From: a virus
Lineage: Duplodnaviria > Caudoviricetes
Virus record (IMG/VR): IMGVR_UViG_3300012665_000509
Location: 1 to 64,000 of that record
Reading direction: 5' to 3' (one strand)
DNA: 64,000 nucleotides
The notes under the pieces are model-generated. The model was not told the DNA's origin. It ran no database searches and saw nothing but the letters and a program-made list of their open reading frames with translations. The translations under genes and the position numbers were made by a program. The first letter of the stretch is position 1, and every line of letters starts with the position of its first letter. Shown piece by piece: positions 17,469 through 29,200 of the stretch.

Positions 17469-20400
17469 ATGGGCGCAGAATTAGGCAGAATAAGCGGCCC
17501 GCTACTGTCAGCAAACTTGCTACGACAAGGTGTTGACCTTGCGTTTGAAACTGATCTTTTATATTTAAAAGTATCTCCAGCAATATCACGAGACCCTAAT
17601 GAGGATGGCGATGGCAATCCACAGGCAGGTCCTCATGCTATTGGTATTCACAATGACGGTCCTGCCTACGATTTAGATATCCTTGGCACAACTAATTTTA
17701 ATAATCTAATTGCGTTAACTAGCGCAAACTTAGCAAACTTTACAATTAGTGTCGCAACTATTGCCAACGCCGTTGGCAATATTACAATCAGTCCTAATCA
17801 ATTATTAGATCCAACAGTAGCTACTAATCAATTACAAGTTGGCAATCTTAATTTCTTTGATAGAACTGTATTAAACACAACTGTTGACGCTAATCTTGTA
17901 TTAGATCCTGCTGGAGCAGGACAAGTTGTCTTTAATACAACTAGAGTTAATGTAAACGGTAACTTACACGCCACTGGAGACATTACCTGGGACGGAAATA
18001 TTACCTTTGGTAATAATAATCTTGATAGTGTTGACTTTAATTCAGACTTTACAAGTGATATTATTCCAGACGCACCTAATCAATATGACTTAGGTTCGTT
18101 TAATAAACAATGGCAAACTTTAAGAACTAATACTCTTGTTACAGATCTGGTTACTACTGACGGTTTAACTATCAACGGTATTGATTTACTAACTACTCAG
18201 GGTAAAATTATATATGTTGCTCAGAACGGCAGTGATACAAACACCGGAGTACATCAACATTCGCCATTCAGAACAATTAAACATGCGTTAAGTGTTGCCC
18301 AAGCTGGAGATGAAGTTAATTTATTTCCTGGAATATATCAAGAAATATTTCCTTTAACTGTCCCAGTTGGTGTACATGTTAACGGAGTTAGTTTGCGCAG
18401 TACTACAGTTATGCCAACAGCGGCAACCAATCGTAATGATGCGTTTTTACTCAACGGAGAAACTACTGTTAGTAATTTAACTGTTAGAAATTTTTATTAC
18501 GATAGTGTAAATGATACAGGATACGGTTTTAGACTAGCACCTAATTGTAAGGTTACTACTCGTAGTCCGTATGTACAAAACGTATCTGTACTAAATCGCG
18601 GTACCCTAACAGATAATCGAGCAATACTAGACGGCGGCAACGCTGTTACTATTTTATTTGATGCTATCCTAGAAGGCGGAACAGCATTTTCAACTTACGT
18701 TGATGAATTAAACGGCGGCCCAGCTAGTCTTAGCGCAGGTCTTGGGTTTGTTTCTGGCGATGCTGGCCGCGGAGCACTAGTTGACGGCGCAGTTGTACAT
18801 CCTAACAGCAAAGAAGCAACAATATTATTCCACAGCGTGACATTTATTGTTCCAAATGCTGACGGTATTACTGCTAAGAATGGTGCTAGAGTTGAATGGT
18901 TAAACTCATTTACCTACTTTGCTAATAAAGGCATATACCTAACAGAAGGAACTGCCGGCTTTGCTGGCTTAGGTCTACGATTTGGTGCTGAAATGCGAAG
19001 CATTAACTCTGCTAACGTCTACGGAAATTACGGAGCAGTAGCAGACGGCCCAAGTACATTGGGATATCTAATTGGACATAACTTTGGATATATTGGTACA
19101 GGTGCCGATAGTCAAAACGATCCGCGATTAGTAATACAAGCAAACGAAGTAGTGGCAACTAATAGCGCCGAGTTGTATTACGATAGTATGGACCACAAAG
19201 GCGACTATCGTGTAGGTGACATTTTTTATGTTAGCCAAGAAACTGGCCGCATTTCATTTAACGCACAGCGTATTGATTTTTCATCTCAAGGAAGCATTGT
19301 ATTAGAAGGAGCCGGCGGCATAACAATAGTTGATGCTACTGGTATTCAGAATAGTAATATTAGAATATACGATAACAACATTGATTCTTTATCAGGCCCT
19401 GTTAACTTTTCAGCAATTAGCGGCAATACATATCTAAACACTGACGTATTTGTTACTGGCGCAATGAACATTTCTAATAATGTATTTGTAGACGGCAACG
19501 TATTTTTAGGAAATGATCCGTTAGATTTGATCACAGTTGCTCCTAACTTAACAGAAACAATTGAACCTAGACTTAATAACACATACTCTTTAGGATCTGA
19601 TAATGGGGTTGCTCCCAAACGTTGGGACGTTGCGTACCTTAGCCGTTTAAATATTGACGCAATTACACAAATTGATAGTAATACTATCAGTACGTTAACT
19701 AATGATTACGATTTAAGATTTGTAGCTGCCGGTACTGGCAAAGTTATTGTAAGCTCAACTGATGTACAAGTTGATAACGATTTAACAGTTGATGGAACGT
19801 TTACAGTTAACGGTACTAGCACGACCCAAGACACCGATATTACGGGCGATGTAATACAAACAGGTAATATTGTACAAACTGGTGATACTATCATTGACGG
19901 CGATCTCCAAACAAACAACTTAACAGTTACAAATACTGCTTATTTGCTTGTGCCTGACATTAAATTTATAGGTAACGCAGTCCAAGCAACTACAACTGAT
20001 GATGACATTGTGTTTAATGGAACAGGCACGGCAGGCGTAGTATTAGACCAACGATTAAAAGTTAAAGACAATGACATTAGCAACGTGTGGGCAAGTGCTA
20101 CTACAGATTTTCAAAAGAGTGTTCAACTAACGCCAAACGGCACCGGAAATCTTGTAATAAACTCTAATCGTTCAGTTACAATTCCCTACGGTAATAACAC
20201 AAATAGAGCAATGTATAGCGTAGGTGAAATTAGACAAAATAGCACATCTAATTGGTATCAAGGATACTTACCAACGGGCAATGTTAGCTTTAATAACTTG
20301 TTTGATAGCGATCTAAACACCTATATTATTCCAGAACTAACCCCGGGCGCAAACGATAACACATTAAGATTTGGTATTAATGGTGTTGAAAGAGCAACAA

Positions 20401-20831
20401 TTACATCGACTAAATTAACTACTCCTAAACTTGTAGTTGATTCTATTGACATGTCTGGCAACACGATACATAACAATACTAGTGACCTTGACTTGTTTAT
20501 TACTCCTAACGGGACAGGCTCTGTTAATGTTAATAATATTTTAATTAACGGAAATTCAGTTACTAATCAAGTTGCTGGAGCAATAACTCTAGTAAGTACT
20601 GGAACTGGCTACATTAAATTTGGCGGCACTGGAGCAGTAAGATTGCCCATAGGCGACGATAGCGGAAGAAGAGCCGCACCGGAGCGCGGTGAAATACGTT
20701 ATAACGAAGCTCGCACTTATATGGAAGTATTCAACGGCACAATCTGGATACCAGCAGTTGGTACTCTAGGAGCTGCATCTCTCAACGACGTGATGGAAAT
20801 CTTTGATTTCTGGAGCCTCACGCTCGGTTAA
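17469..20831 (+). CDS. large tail fibre/spike protein with beta-helix (pectin-lyase-like) region
   Basis: YVAQNGSD...PFRTIKHAL...GIYQE beta-helix entry motif; paralogue of 20952-25523 (shared GRISGPLL.ANLLR.GV.LAFETDLLYL). Confidence 0.7.
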   Translation: MGAELGRISGPLLSANLLRQGVDLAFETDLLYLKVSPAISRDPNEDGDGNPQAGPHAIGIHNDGPAYDLDILGTTNFNNLIALTSANLANFTISVATIANAVGNITISPNQLLDPTVATNQLQVGNLNFFDRTVLNTTVDANLVLDPAGAGQVVFNTTRVNVNGNLHATGDITWDGNITFGNNNLDSVDFNSDFTSDIIPDAPNQYDLGSFNKQWQTLRTNTLVTDLVTTDGLTINGIDLLTTQGKIIYVAQNGSDTNTGVHQHSPFRTIKHALSVAQAGDEVNLFPGIYQEIFPLTVPVGVHVNGVSLRSTTVMPTAATNRNDAFLLNGETTVSNLTVRNFYYDSVNDTGYGFRLAPNCKVTTRSPYVQNVSVLNRGTLTDNRAILDGGNAVTILFDAILEGGTAFSTYVDELNGGPASLSAGLGFVSGDAGRGALVDGAVVHPNSKEATILFHSVTFIVPNADGITAKNGARVEWLNSFTYFANKGIYLTEGTAGFAGLGLRFGAEMRSINSANVYGNYGAVADGPSTLGYLIGHNFGYIGTGADSQNDPRLVIQANEVVATNSAELYYDSMDHKGDYRVGDIFYVSQETGRISFNAQRIDFSSQGSIVLEGAGGITIVDATGIQNSNIRIYDNNIDSLSGPVNFSAISGNTYLNTDVFVTGAMNISNNVFVDGNVFLGNDPLDLITVAPNLTETIEPRLNNTYSLGSDNGVAPKRWDVAYLSRLNIDAITQIDSNTISTLTNDYDLRFVAAGTGKVIVSSTDVQVDNDLTVDGTFTVNGTSTTQDTDITGDVIQTGNIVQTGDTIIDGDLQTNNLTVTNTAYLLVPDIKFIGNAVQATTTDDDIVFNGTGTAGVVLDQRLKVKDNDISNVWASATTDFQKSVQLTPNGTGNLVINSNRSVTIPYGNNTNRAMYSVGEIRQNSTSNWYQGYLPTGNVSFNNLFDSDLNTYIIPELTPGANDNTLRFGINGVERATITSTKLTTPKLVVDSIDMSGNTIHNNTSDLDLFITPNGTGSVNVNNILINGNSVTNQVAGAITLVSTGTGYIKFGGTGAVRLPIGDDSGRRAAPERGEIRYNEARTYMEVFNGTIWIPAVGTLGAASLNDVMEIFDFWSLTLG

Positions 20832-20843
20832 AAACCCAAACAG

Positions 20844-20951
20844 CTAAATACTATTACTGTAAAAGTTGACCAAACTTTTACGATACTCAACTGTGGTAAA
20901 CCCGCAATGTAAGGTGGTTAACCGTGAAACACGGGGTAATTAGGAGAGCTC
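20844..20951 (+). promoter_or_regulatory. late promoter plus three-hairpin 5' leader
   Basis: CTAAATA 20844-20850; stems 20859-20881, 20892-20906, 20922-20934; SD AGGAG 20942-20946. Confidence 0.6.
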
Positions 20952-23900
20952 ATGGCTGTTGGTCGAATTTCCGGTCCGCTCTTAAAGGCTAATCTCTTAC
21001 GAGATGGAGTTCCGCTTGCCTTTGAGACCGACCTACTATATCTTGATGTCGTTAATGGCCGAGTTGGTATTAAAACGGCTTCTCCTGATTACGATTTAGA
21101 TGTCAACGGTACAGCTCGTACTACAAACTTAATAGTTCCAACTAACGCTGATATTGCCACGTTTACATTTAACGGCAATACTATTTCTAGCACTGCCGGA
21201 CAAATTAATATCAACCCAAGTACAGGCAATGCTGTACTGTATCAAGCAAAGTTACGTGTAAACAATAACTTAGAAATTTCTAGCAACTCTATTAAAACTA
21301 CAGTTGCTGATGACGATTTAGAATTAAGCACTCTCGGCACAGGCCAAGTACAGATCAACAGCAACGTGCTAGTTGATGGCGACTTACACGCAACAGGTAG
21401 CATTACTGCTGACGGTAGTATTACCATTGGTGATTCAAATACTGACAGCATTATCTTTAATGCTGATATTGCTAGTAACATTGTACCTGACGCAAACAAC
21501 ACTTATGATCTAGGTGAAGTAGGTAAAGAATGGCGCACATCATATATTCAAGATGTACAGACTACAACGCTTAGTGCCGCAAATATACAAGTTAACGGTA
21601 TTGATCTAGCATTACCGCAAGGCAATATTATCTATGTTGCTAAAAACGGTAACGATACAAATGCTGGCCTACACGAAAACAATCCAGTTGCTACAATTGA
21701 ACATGCGTTTACATTAGCAACCGCTGGCGACACAGTTTATGTATTTCCAGGAGTATACGAAGAACGTTTTCCACTAGAAGTGCCTCCGGGAGTTACAGTA
21801 CACGGTACTAGTTTACGCTCAGTAACAATCAAGCCAACAGCGGCAACTATGTATTATGACGCTTTTCACGTAAACGGCGAAGCTACTGTAGAAGATTTTA
21901 CCATCATGGGATTCCACCATGACGCAACAGGAACACTTCCAGAGTTTACTGATAACAGTCAAGGAACTGGTCACGCATTCCGTTTTAGTTCAAATACAAC
22001 AACTAAAACTCGTAGTCCTTACATTCGTAATATTACAGTAATAACGTTTGGTACTGCTAGTGTGTTAGCTATTGACGGACAAGTAACCGAAACGATAGAC
22101 GGACTAACTAGAATTAAAAGCATCATAGATGAGATTGTAACCAACGGAACTGTTGTAAAGACTCCGGGCAACTCACAAGATCCGGTCACTGGCGTAGCTA
22201 GTGATGCTGGTACTGGTACTTTGCTACAAGGGTTAATTGATGATGTTATTCATATTATCAATAACGGCACGCTAAAGGCTAATCTTCCAACTATTACAGC
22301 TAACGGTACAGCAGTAACATCGGGTATGTTATATAATGCCGCAGTACTATTAGAAGCAAACAGAGCATTTATCAAAGAAGAAATTACTGCGTATGTAACA
22401 GCTACATATCCAAGTCCTGGATTTACATATGATATAGCAACATGCCAACGTGACATGGGTTATATTTTAGACGCAATGATTTATGATATTGTTCGCGGCG
22501 GCAACGAACATACTGTATACGCAGGTCTAGCACATTGGGTACAACCAGAAAACGATCCTCGAGGTTATGGAAGAGGCGATGCTGGCCACGGCGCTCTAAT
22601 TGACGGATCTGCTGTGACAGCAAACAGTACTTCAGCCTCAATGTTATTCCACTCAGTGACATTCATTACTCCTGCCGCTGATACATTGATTGCTACCAAC
22701 GGCGCCCGTGTTGAGTGGCTAAACTCATTTACATACTTTGCTGGCAAAGGTCTATACATATATTCAAGTGAAGCAGGTTTTGCTAATGCTGGTAAAACAC
22801 GTTTGCGTATTAATACTCGCGTTGGTACATGGGCAGTTGGCAATACTGTAAGTTATTATGACACTGACGGCACTACGCTATTGGCATCGGGTGTTATTGA
22901 AGCTGTTGATGGTAACTACGTTGATCTAACTGGCCGTTGCTTGGGCTTTGAAACTGTTACCGATAGAACACCAACTACAATTTATGTACAAGGTAATGCT
23001 AAACTATCAACAACACAAAAGAAATTTGGAGTATCAAGTTTAGTATTAGACGGTAACGGCGATTATATTTCAGCCTTACCACAACCAGATTTTAACTTTG
23101 GTACAGGCGACTTCACTTTAGAATGTTGGGTTTATCCAACAGCAGTTCCTACCGCAGGGCAATACTCGTTTGTCATGGGACAAAGTGCCGCCGGCGCTGG
23201 CAACAGTAGTTGCGGACTATATCTAGGAAGTAGTGCTGGCACTATATACTTGTACTCATTTGGCACATTTGGAACAATTAACGGCGCCGCAGTTGCTGCC
23301 AATGCCTGGAGCCACATTGCTCTTACAAGAGAAGGCAACAGCTTTAAGTTATGGATTAACGGTACACAAGCTGGGTCAACATTAACGTATGCTGGCGCAA
23401 TGACCAGTGCTACAACAACAAACTTTACAATTGGCGGGAACGCAGGATTTAATTTATATTTCACAGGATATATTGATGATGCTCGAGTATCTAAAGGTAT
23501 TTCAAGATACTCAACAACATTTACAGCACCTACAGTTCCGCTAACTGGTGACTTGTCAACAGTATTGTTATTACACTTTAATGGTGCTAATAACTCAACA
23601 ACAATGTTAGATGACGGTATTACCTTCCAAGATTTGAGAACTAGCGCAGGCGGAACAGCAAGCATCATTAACTTTGCCGACTACTCACAGTTTGGTGCTG
23701 AAGTTCGTGCTATTGGTTCTGCTAACGTATACGGTAATTATGGCGCATACGGTGACGGCCCTGGTGTCATTGCTTATCTAGTATCGCAAAACTTTGCCTA
23801 TGTTGGCGCTGGAAGTTTAACTACAAACGATCCTAATGATCGTATAGATGCTAACGAAGTTGTTGAACTTAACGGTGCTAAAATATATCGCACATCAGTT

Positions 23901-25523
23901 GACAACGAAGGTAATTTTAGAGTTGGTGATAATTTTTACGTTAATCAGAAGACTGGTGAAGTATTATTTGATAACCAAGCAGTTAGTGTAACATCTGTAG
24001 AAGGTGTTGTGTTTACAGACGGTGTTAACACAACCACACTAACCCCAACAGATATTACTACTGGTAACATTCGTATTAGCGGTAATACAATTAGTAGCTT
24101 GTCCGGCGACATCAATGTGTCGTCTGCTAGTGGCGCAATTAATTTACAAAATACAACATACGTTACTGGTGACTTAGACATTACCGGCGACCTAACCATC
24201 GGCGGCAATATTCAAATTGGCGACCAAACAACTGATACAATTAGCTTTGTTGGCGGAATCAACAGCGATTTAATTCCAGCAACTAATACAACTTATGATT
24301 TAGGTACATCTAGCTTACGTTGGAACAATGCGTACTTGAGTCGTATTGAAGTTGATGGAGTTGTTATTGACAGTAATACAATCAGCACAACTGTGGGCAA
24401 TGATGATTTAAGTCTAGTTGCCAACGGTACTGGTCGTGTTTACATTCCAAGCAACGATGTACAAATTAATCAAAACTTAACTGTAACTCAAAACTTTACA
24501 GTTAGTACAGGAACAAGTTATTTAAAAAATATTGGTGTAACTGGAACTATTACACAAACCGGCGACTTTAATCAAACTGGTAATTTTACTACTAGCGGCA
24601 CAGTACAATCAGATAACTTAACAGTCACCGGTACTATAACATTACCAGAATTACAAATTAGTGCTAACACTATTTCAACAAAAGTTGCTGGCACAGATTT
24701 AAATCTTACTGCTAACGGCACTGGTAATGTTGTATTTGAAGGTATCAGAGTAACTAATAATGATATTCAAAGTACTGTTACTAATTCTAATATTACTTTA
24801 ACTCCACAAGGTACCGGTACTGTAATTGTTAACAGCAATCAAAGTATTCAAATACCTGTAGGTACAACACTACAACGTCCAGGCGTGGGTGTAGCAACTA
24901 ACGGTATGATCCGTTATAACACTGACCTTGGCGAATATGAAGGTTACAATAATGGTTACTGGTTAAAACTTGGTGGCGTTGCTGACGCAAGTCGTAATAC
25001 ACGCATCCTTCCAGAGCTAACACCTGGATCAAACAACAATACGTTATACTTTTATGCTAACGATAACTTAACTGCGTTTATAGACAGTACTAAGTTGTTT
25101 GCTGAAAAGTTTCAGACTAGTAATTTAGATGTTAACAATAATGTTATCAGTAGCATCAACACTGATACTGATATTAACATTACAACTAGTGGCACCGGCG
25201 GTGTTAGAGTAGGTAACTTAAAGATTTTTAACAATACTATCACTAATACTGTAGCAGGCGCTGTAACAGAATTTGTACAAGGTGTAAACGGATTTGTAAG
25301 AATTCCCGGAACCAACGGGGTAGTAATTCCGTCAGGTGATACGCTAACACAACGACCATCTGGTTCAAACGCTGAACGCGGTATGATGCGATTCAACACT
25401 GACGGACAGTTAGTAGAAGTATATAACGGTACTAGTTGGTCAAGCGTTGCTGGTGCGTCCGGCGGTGTAACAACAGCAGAAGCTACTGAATTAGGTATTG
25501 CTTCAGCATTAATTTTTGGATAA
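20952..25523 (+). CDS. large tail fibre/spike protein: beta-helix, LamG/ConA-like domain, one CxRD helical repeat
   Basis: YVAKNGND motif; FGTGDFTLECWVYPT...WSHIALTR...GYIDDARVSKG (LamG-like); ATCQRDMGYILD at nt 22443. Confidence 0.72.
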   Translation: MAVGRISGPLLKANLLRDGVPLAFETDLLYLDVVNGRVGIKTASPDYDLDVNGTARTTNLIVPTNADIATFTFNGNTISSTAGQININPSTGNAVLYQAKLRVNNNLEISSNSIKTTVADDDLELSTLGTGQVQINSNVLVDGDLHATGSITADGSITIGDSNTDSIIFNADIASNIVPDANNTYDLGEVGKEWRTSYIQDVQTTTLSAANIQVNGIDLALPQGNIIYVAKNGNDTNAGLHENNPVATIEHAFTLATAGDTVYVFPGVYEERFPLEVPPGVTVHGTSLRSVTIKPTAATMYYDAFHVNGEATVEDFTIMGFHHDATGTLPEFTDNSQGTGHAFRFSSNTTTKTRSPYIRNITVITFGTASVLAIDGQVTETIDGLTRIKSIIDEIVTNGTVVKTPGNSQDPVTGVASDAGTGTLLQGLIDDVIHIINNGTLKANLPTITANGTAVTSGMLYNAAVLLEANRAFIKEEITAYVTATYPSPGFTYDIATCQRDMGYILDAMIYDIVRGGNEHTVYAGLAHWVQPENDPRGYGRGDAGHGALIDGSAVTANSTSASMLFHSVTFITPAADTLIATNGARVEWLNSFTYFAGKGLYIYSSEAGFANAGKTRLRINTRVGTWAVGNTVSYYDTDGTTLLASGVIEAVDGNYVDLTGRCLGFETVTDRTPTTIYVQGNAKLSTTQKKFGVSSLVLDGNGDYISALPQPDFNFGTGDFTLECWVYPTAVPTAGQYSFVMGQSAAGAGNSSCGLYLGSSAGTIYLYSFGTFGTINGAAVAANAWSHIALTREGNSFKLWINGTQAGSTLTYAGAMTSATTTNFTIGGNAGFNLYFTGYIDDARVSKGISRYSTTFTAPTVPLTGDLSTVLLLHFNGANNSTTMLDDGITFQDLRTSAGGTASIINFADYSQFGAEVRAIGSANVYGNYGAYGDGPGVIAYLVSQNFAYVGAGSLTTNDPNDRIDANEVVELNGAKIYRTSVDNEGNFRVGDNFYVNQKTGEVLFDNQAVSVTSVEGVVFTDGVNTTTLTPTDITTGNIRISGNTISSLSGDINVSSASGAINLQNTTYVTGDLDITGDLTIGGNIQIGDQTTDTISFVGGINSDLIPATNTTYDLGTSSLRWNNAYLSRIEVDGVVIDSNTISTTVGNDDLSLVANGTGRVYIPSNDVQINQNLTVTQNFTVSTGTSYLKNIGVTGTITQTGDFNQTGNFTTSGTVQSDNLTVTGTITLPELQISANTISTKVAGTDLNLTANGTGNVVFEGIRVTNNDIQSTVTNSNITLTPQGTGTVIVNSNQSIQIPVGTTLQRPGVGVATNGMIRYNTDLGEYEGYNNGYWLKLGGVADASRNTRILPELTPGSNNNTLYFYANDNLTAFIDSTKLFAEKFQTSNLDVNNNVISSINTDTDINITTSGTGGVRVGNLKIFNNTITNTVAGAVTEFVQGVNGFVRIPGTNGVVIPSGDTLTQRPSGSNAERGMMRFNTDGQLVEVYNGTSWSSVAGASGGVTTAEATELGIASALIFG

Positions 25524-25529
25524 TAGAAT

Positions 25530-25859
25530 ATGGCAACCTTTTTTAGAACAGCAGTTGTACCCAACATTGGAACAACACCAGTTGATGTGCTAACAGTAGC
25601 ACCTGGTAATAGATTTACACTAGTTGGATGTAACTTGGCAAACACCACTGACTACACAGTCGTTATCGACATAAAAATTGAAGACGCAGGAGCAGTTCAA
25701 GCATACTACATCAAACAGTTAGTAATCGATCCATACACTAGTGCTAAGGTCGTAACCAACGGTGAAAAGATTATTTTAGCAGAAAGCTGTAAAATGATTA
25801 TAACTAGCGACACTGCTAACAGCGTTGATGCTGTGATCAGTTACGCTGAAATTGTTTAA
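25530..25859 (+). CDS. small beta-sandwich virion adaptor (paralogue 2 of 3)
   Basis: LTVAP...TLVGCNLAN...EKIIL; follows a fibre gene ending ASALIFG. Confidence 0.6.
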   Translation: MATFFRTAVVPNIGTTPVDVLTVAPGNRFTLVGCNLANTTDYTVVIDIKIEDAGAVQAYYIKQLVIDPYTSAKVVTNGEKIILAESCKMIITSDTANSVDAVISYAEIV

Positions 25860-25871
25860 TAGGAGAATAAA

Positions 25872-26231
25872 ATGAGTTATATTTTTGGCAGAGGCCAGCA
25901 AGATTTAATTGGAGATTCTCCTAAGTATCTATACGGACTAAGAAGAACTGACGAAGGCGAATTGTTTTTCTGTCGCGTTAATCAACTTAGTAGAGACGAC
26001 AGTTTCCAAGTTAATAAAATTGGTGATGAATTAGACAACTTTACAGAATTTGAAGTTGGCGTGGACTTTTTTGAAGGCCGCGATGTTGAACATGAAATTG
26101 TATTTGGTAACTTGATTTACGAACAGTATCGCTGGGACGATAAAGATTTGTACTATTATGTAGATACAGACGGTCAATTAGTATTAGTAGTAAATCAGAA
26201 GGTAGTTTATCCTGCTGGAATCAGCAGTTAA
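25872..26231 (+). CDS. hypothetical virion-associated protein
   Basis: 119-aa acidic ORF with AGGAG SD inside the structural operon. Confidence 0.6.
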   Translation: MSYIFGRGQQDLIGDSPKYLYGLRRTDEGELFFCRVNQLSRDDSFQVNKIGDELDNFTEFEVGVDFFEGRDVEHEIVFGNLIYEQYRWDDKDLYYYVDTDGQLVLVVNQKVVYPAGISS

Positions 26232-26266
26232 TAAATATACAAACTAGAAAATATTTGGGGTAAAAA

Positions 26267-29200
26267 ATGGCAGAATTTAAATTAGGTAGAATTAGATTTA
26301 CATGGCAAGGCGACTGGTCGGCAACAACAGCCTATACTAAAGACGATATTGTTCGTTACGGTAGCAGTTCGTACGTGTGCTTAGTAGGTCATACTGCTTC
26401 TACAGACTTTTATGACGACCTGTATTATGTTAATACAGCAACTCAGCCAGATACCGCTGCCCCAAAGTGGACACTATGGTTTGAAGGTTACGAGTGGACA
26501 GGCGACTGGGACACTGGAACTTTTTATAAAGTTGGTGATATTGCCAGATACGGTAGTATTGTATACCTATGTAATGAAAGCCACACATCAACAACTGATT
26601 CTAAAACCCTAACAGTTATCAACGCATTTGGTACTGGCACAAACGTTATTCCTACAACAGCAATGGCTGGAACTGGAACACTAGTAACATTAACATATGA
26701 CGAGCAAGATGATATTCCGTTCTATGTTGGCCAAAGTATTAGTATTGCTGGCGCAGATCCAGTTGAGTATAACGGCACTTGGATTGTTACTTTTGCTAGT
26801 AAAACTCAAATAAAGTTTGCTAGTACTGCTACCGGCGCACAAGTTGTTGCTGGCACTATTACATCTACTGACGGATTAATTACATTAGAGTTTGCTCCTG
26901 AGACAGTTGCTCCATTTTTAGCAGGCGATAGTATTACAGTTGCTGGAGTACGCTCAACTGTTTATAATGGTACATACACTATTAGAGATTGTACTACTTC
27001 ATCTGTAAGCTATCTAGGAACTAATCGAGCACCATTTATTCCACCGTTCCCAACAATCGTTGATGGCGCAACAGAAATTAGAATTACTAACGTAGTTGGC
27101 AACGGCGATCAAGTAACCATTACATTTGCTGAACAGAAAGTTGGCGAAATTCCAACAGCACCGTTTACTATTGGACAGACTATTACATTAGTCGGTGTAA
27201 ATCCTCCAGTATATAATGGAGTGAGAGTGGTATCAGCATGTACTCCAACTACTGTAGTGTATACTGCTTCGACACAGGACATATTTGTTCCGCCAGCAGC
27301 CAACGCGGCTTTTGGAACACTTGTTGGTCCACAATTAGCTGTACTAGAACAAGATCAAAGTAAGTGGACTGCTTACGCAAAAACAGACAACTGGCAAAAA
27401 GATTGGACTGTTGATACTCGATATCGTTTGAATGATATTGTAAAGTATAACGGTATCCTATATCGTTGTATTGGAAATCATACTAGTGCTGAAACAAATG
27501 CGCTGGGATTAGAAAACGATATTAGTAACTGGCAGTTGATCTCATTCTCTGAAGAATGGAGAACTGACTGGACTATATCAACACGCTATAGAAGAAATGA
27601 CATTATCAGATACGGCGGTATTGTTTATCGCTGTAACAGTGGACACACATCCGCTGCAACTGTTGCCCTAGGGTTAGAAGTAGACCTTTCAAACTGGCAA
27701 ATAGTTCATAGCGGTATTGAGTATAAAGGTGTGTGGGCTGTTGATTTTAGATATAAGTTAAACGACGTTGTAAAATACGGAGCAAATCAATGGATATGTA
27801 ATCTTGGCCACGTAAGTGACAGCGCAGAGTTTGAACCTGCCAAGTGGAATTTGTATCTACCAGGATTAGAGTATCAAGAAGAATGGAGCGCACTAGAAAA
27901 TTATATTCCTGGCGATGTAGTAAAATACGGCGGATATAGTTATTTTAGTAAGACACACAACTTTAATTTTAAACCTTCAGTATACCCATTAGAATGGGAA
28001 TTACTAACTACAGGATTTAAGATTGTTGGCGAATATAGTACAGCGACTCAGTATCGAACAGGTGATGTAGTTCGACGATTCGGTAAATTATTCCTAGCTA
28101 TTACCGATAGCCAAGGCAGTGAAACAACTAATGCTACAAATTGGGAACTAGTAGTTGATGGTATACAGTGGAAAGATAAATGGGAAGAAAATACCGAATA
28201 TCTGCCAGGTGACGTTATTAACTATATCGCAACTACTTACAAATGTGTTACTAAGCATTTGTCGGCACTTGGTAATAACCCCTTAAACGATATTATTGGT
28301 GACTATTGGATTACCTACGCACAAGGTGAAAAGACCAACAGACTATTAAAACAAGGTGACACGTTAACATATAACAACGGTTCAACTGTTCGTTATGCTC
28401 TAGACACTGTACAAGGTAACATCCTACAGACTAATTCAGAAATGCCTAGTTGGGAAGCCTGGGGTGAAATTGACAAAGTATATTACGTTTCAACTAACGG
28501 TGTTGATGACGTTAACCACGGTAGTTCATTGAACTCTCCTTGGAAAACTGTAGCATACGCCTGCTCACAAGTAACAGGTCCTGCTACTATTTTTATTAAG
28601 ACTGGTATTTACTACGAAGCGTTACCTATCAGTGTGCCTGCCGGTGTTGCGTTATGCGGTGATGAATTGCGTAGTACCGTGATTCGACCAATACCTGCCG
28701 ATGTGACAGCAGACATGTTCTATGTACGTAACGGTACAGGTATTCGTAATATGACATTACAAGGCTTAACTGGCACACTTGGAGAACCAAACCAGTATGG
28801 TACTCGCCGCCCAACGGCAGGTGCGTATGTGAGTTTAGATCCTGGATCAGGCCCAACTGACAGTTCTGTTTGGATTACTAACAAATCTTGCTACGTACAA
28901 AACGTAACAACATTCGGTACCGGATGTATTGGTTTAAAAATTGACGGAGCACTACACAACGGAGGCAACAAATCTATTGTTGCCAACGACTTTACACAGA
29001 TTCTTAGCGATGGTATTGCTTGTTGGTGTACAAACTTAGGATTAACTGAATTAGTATCGGTGTTCTCATACTACGGACACATTGGTTACCTAGCTGAGAA
29101 CGGTGGTAAGATTCGTGCTACCAATGGTAACAGCTCATACGGTACATACGGTTGTGTATCCGAAGGCGTGTCTGCTTTAGAAGTTCCTATTACAGGCAGC

